Source: Squalus acanthias (Eukaryota). From it: 64,000 nucleotides of DNA. Positions within the stretch are counted from its first letter, which is position 1, and each line of letters opens with the position of its first letter. The notes beneath the pieces are model-generated. The model worked only from the letters and a program-made list of their open reading frames with translations, was not told the DNA's origin and searched no databases. A program made the translations under genes and the position numbers. Where the stretch lies: the NCBI GenBank assembly GCA_030390025.1, contig CM059433.1:20400001-20464000 (forward strand). Reading direction: 5' to 3'. Shown here in pieces: positions 60,717 to 64,000 of this stretch.

Positions 60717-62846
60717 CCCCCCACCCTCAGTTGGCATTCCTCCCCCCGACCCAGCCTCCGATCTTTCCCCCAACCCCCGACCCGTCCTCTCCAATCTCCC
60801 TCCCTCCCCTCGACCCGTCCCCTCCAATCTCCCTCCCTCCCCCCGCCAGGCTCCAATCTCCCTCCCTCCCCCCGACCCGTCCCCTCCAATCACCCTCCCT
60901 CCCCCCGCCCCCCCAGCCTCCAATCTCCCTCCCTCCCCCCGCCCCCCTAGCTTCCAATCTCCCTCCCTCCCCCCGCCCCCCCCCCCAGGCTCCAATCTCC
61001 CTCCCTCCCCCCCCCGACCCGTCCCCTCCATTCTCCCTCCCTCCCCCCACCCCCAGCCTCCAATCTCCCTCCCTCCCCCCCACCCCCCCAACCTCCAATC
61101 TCCCTCCCCTCCCCCCCCCCCACGCCCCTCCCCAGCCTCCAATCTCCCTCCCTCCCCCGCCCCTCCCCAGCCTCCAATCTCCCTCCCTCCCCCGACCCCA
61201 GCCTCCAATCTCCCTTCCTCCCCCGCCCCTCCCCAGCCTCCAATCTCCCTCCCTCCCCCGCCCCTCCCCAGCCTCCAATCTCCCTCCCTCCCCCCGACCC
61301 CAGCCTCCAATCTCCCTCCCTCCCCCGCCTCCCCCAGCCTCCAATCTCCCTCTCTCCCCCGACCCCAGCCTCCAATCTCCCTTCCTCCCCCGCCCCTCCC
61401 CAGCCTCCAATCTCCTTCCCTCCCCCGCCCCCCCAGCCTCCAATCTCCCTCCCTCCCCGCCCCCCCAGCCTCCAATCTCCCTCCCTCCCCCCGCCCCCCC
61501 AGCCTCCAATCTCCCTCCCTCACCCCCGACCCCCAGCCTCCAATCTCCCTCCCTCCCCCCATCCCCCGCCCCCCTCCAATCTCCCTCCCTCCCCCCGCCC
61601 CCCCAGCCTCCAATCTCCCTCCCTCCCCCCGACCCCCAGCCTCCAATCTCCCTCCCTCCCCCCACGCCCCCCAGCCTCCAATCTCCCTCCCTCCCCCCAC
61701 CCCCCCAGCCTCCAATCTCCCTCTCTCCTCACATCCCCCCAGCCTCCAATCTCCCTCTCTCCCCCCACCCCCCCAGCCTCCATCTCCCTCCCTCACCCCC
61801 GACCCCCAGCCTCCAATCTCCCTCCCTCCCCCCATGCCCCCAGCCTCCAATCTCCCTCCCTCCCCCCGCCCCCCCAGCCTCCAATCTCCCTCCCTCCCCC
61901 CCGACCCCCAGCCTCCAATCTCCCTCCCTCCCCCCACGCCCCCAGCCTCCAATCTCCCTCCCTCCCCCCACCCCCCCAGCCTCCAATCTCCCTCTCTCCT
62001 CACATCCCCCCAGCCTCCAATCTCCCTCTCTCCCCCCACCCCCCCCAGCCTCCAATCTCCCTCCCTCCCCCCGCCCCCCCCAGCCTCCAATCTCCCTCCC
62101 TCCCCCCACCCCTCCCTCAGCCTCCAATCTCCCTCCCTCCCCCCACCCCCCCAGCCTCCAATCTCCCTCTCTCCCCCCACCCCCAGCCTCCACTCTCCCT
62201 CTCTCCCCCCACCCCCCCAGCCTCCAATCTCCCTCCCTCCCCCCCAGCCTCCAATCTCCCTCCCTCCCCCCGCCCCCCAGCCTCCAATCTCCCTCCCCCC
62301 GCCCCCCCAACCTCCAATCTCCCTCCCCCCCAGCCTCCAATCTCCCTCCCTCCCCCCGCCTCCCCCAGCCTCCAATCTCCCTCCCCCCGCCTCCCCAGCC
62401 TCCAATCTCCCTCCCCCCCCAACCTCCAATCACCCTCCCTCCCCCCGCCCCCCCAGCCTCCAATCTCCCTCCCCCCCAGCCTCCAATCTCCCTCCTTCCC
62501 CCCCAGCCTCCAATCTCCCTCCCTCCCCCCCAGCCTCCAATCTCCCTTCCTCCCCCCGCACCCCCAGCCTCCTTCCTCCCCCCGACCCCCAGCCTCCAAT
62601 CTCCCTCCCTCCCCCAGCCTCTAATCTCCTCCCTCCCCAGCCTCCCCCAGCCTCCAATCTACCTCCCTCCCCCAGCCTCAAATCTCCCTCCATCCCCCAG
62701 CCTCCAATCTCCCTCCCTCCCCCAGCCTCTAATCTCCCTCCATCCCCCAGCCTCCAATCTCCCTCCCTCCCCAGCCTCCAATCTCCCTCCCTCCCCCAGC
62801 CTCCAATCTCCCTGTCTCCCTCAGCCTCCAATCTCCCTCCATCCCT
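60717..62846 (+). repeat. C-rich minisatellite, unit about CCCAGCCTCCAATCTCCCTCCCTCCCCC (about 20-35 bp)
   Basis: Direct reading. Confidence 0.97.
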
Positions 62847-63490
62847 CTGCTCAATCTTCCCAGGTTGAATCCAAATTTGCATTACAATATGCTGACTTAT
62901 ATACCTTAGTTGGTTGCAAGTTTCTTATCAAAATGCCCTTTAATGGTATGGTCAGCATGTCCTGGTCACACTTGGTTCACATCACCTTTCTGAGCTGCAT
63001 GATGAATTGATGACCTGGAATGGCCCTTCTGATATGGGTGAACCTGACTCAACCGTCAGCATTTCATCTTTTCGGGTTTTCATCTTTCTTAGCTTGACTA
63101 AAGTAAGGCAGTTTCTCTTATCTTTCCTTGCCGAGATCACCAGGCCATTCTTTAGTTAAGTTTTAACGAGGTTAGTAACAGGCAGTACCATGCATGGATA
63201 TTCTCAAGGTTCAGAGAATGATGTGAATGCCAAGTGGAAGCTGCCTTTCCACACAAGGGGCCCAGAATGGTGATTCAGACAGAGAACTGAATCTTCTGTC
63301 TACATTTGTGTACTGGTGCTTTATTTTACTGGAGTCAGCATTCTACATTTTAACACTTGTCGCCCATGTCAACCGATGTGCCTCGACATAATACTCTCCA
63401 CCCTCAGTTTAAGAGCAGTGTTGAAGTGGTGTAAAGCTGGGTTAGGTTGCCCCCTCTTTATTAATGTTGATTTAGGTTTAGCAGTACCGC

Positions 63491-63917
63491 AGTCAGCTTT
63501 GGCTCACTCTGGCCTCTGAGTCAGACGGCTCAAGCCTCACTCCAGAGATTTCAGCACATAATCTAACGTGGTACTTAGAGATTGCTGCACTGTCAGAGGT
63601 GCGTCTTTTGGCTGAAGCGTTAAACTGTGGCCACCTCTGCTGTCTCAAGTGGACGTAAAAGATCCCGTGGCACTATTTGAAGAAGAGCAGGGGAGTCCCC
63701 CTGGTTTCCTGCTCAGCATTAATCCCTCAACCAACATCACTTAAAAAAACAGATTATCCAGCCATTTATCTCATTGCTGTTTGTGGGATCTTACTGTGCA
63801 CAAATTGACTGCCACATTTCCCTGCATTGCAACAGTGACTATACTCAAGAATTGGCTGTAAAGCACTTTGGGACGTCCTGAGGATGTGGAAGGTGTTATA
63901 TAAATGCAAGTTCTTTC
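63491..63917 (+). mobile_element. Near full-length DeuSINE (SacSINE1-like)
   Basis: GTGGACGTAAAAGATCCCGTGGCACTATTTGAAGAAGAGCAGGGGAG core and standard tail. Confidence 0.9.
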
Positions 63918-64000
63918 ATTTGATTTTATGAAGGTTAAAGTATACAGCTGTTGAAACTGGAACAATGCGTTCCCTCTTGTGTTGGGTTGTTTCGAAGCAT

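Noticed and set aside
60717..62846. NF-Y binding array from repeated CCAAT
   Set aside because: The flanks (CT-CCAAT-CTC) fit the NF-Y consensus poorly, and CCAAT appears to derive from CCGAT by CpG decay.
60605..63010. Extensin-like or formin-like Pro-rich ORFs (801, 735 and 594 aa)
   Set aside because: Artefacts of the stop-poor C-rich repeat unit.

Overview
Vertebrate genomic DNA, most likely from a cartilaginous fish (shark). This is inferred from the repeat complement: DeuSINE/SacSINE1-like SINEs, abundant CR1 LINEs, Penelope elements and Harbinger MITEs. I recognise no host protein-coding gene, rRNA, tRNA or CRISPR array, so the window looks intergenic or deep-intronic. It is dominated by nested transposons: CR1, L2 and RTE LINE fragments; two Penelope-like families with GIY-YIG C-termini and about nine minimal type I hammerhead ribozyme motifs; and about a dozen PIF/Harbinger-type TIR elements, several with 3-bp TSDs. 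An 11-kb G-rich minisatellite (with an assembly gap) appears to have grown out of a MITE internal spacer, and a 2.1-kb C-rich minisatellite may have a similar origin. Best leads: (1) the Penelope hammerheads and the clustering of element ends at them; (2) an orphan retroviral 5' LTR with an 18-nt tRNA-Lys3 primer-binding site and foamy-virus-like layout; (3) the MITE-born satellites; (4) a Harbinger copy that seems to have captured genomic DNA; (5) an unexplained 64-bp near-perfect hairpin; (6) a strong CTCF core plus upstream motif. Family names come from recalled motifs, not database searches, and many boundaries are approximate.
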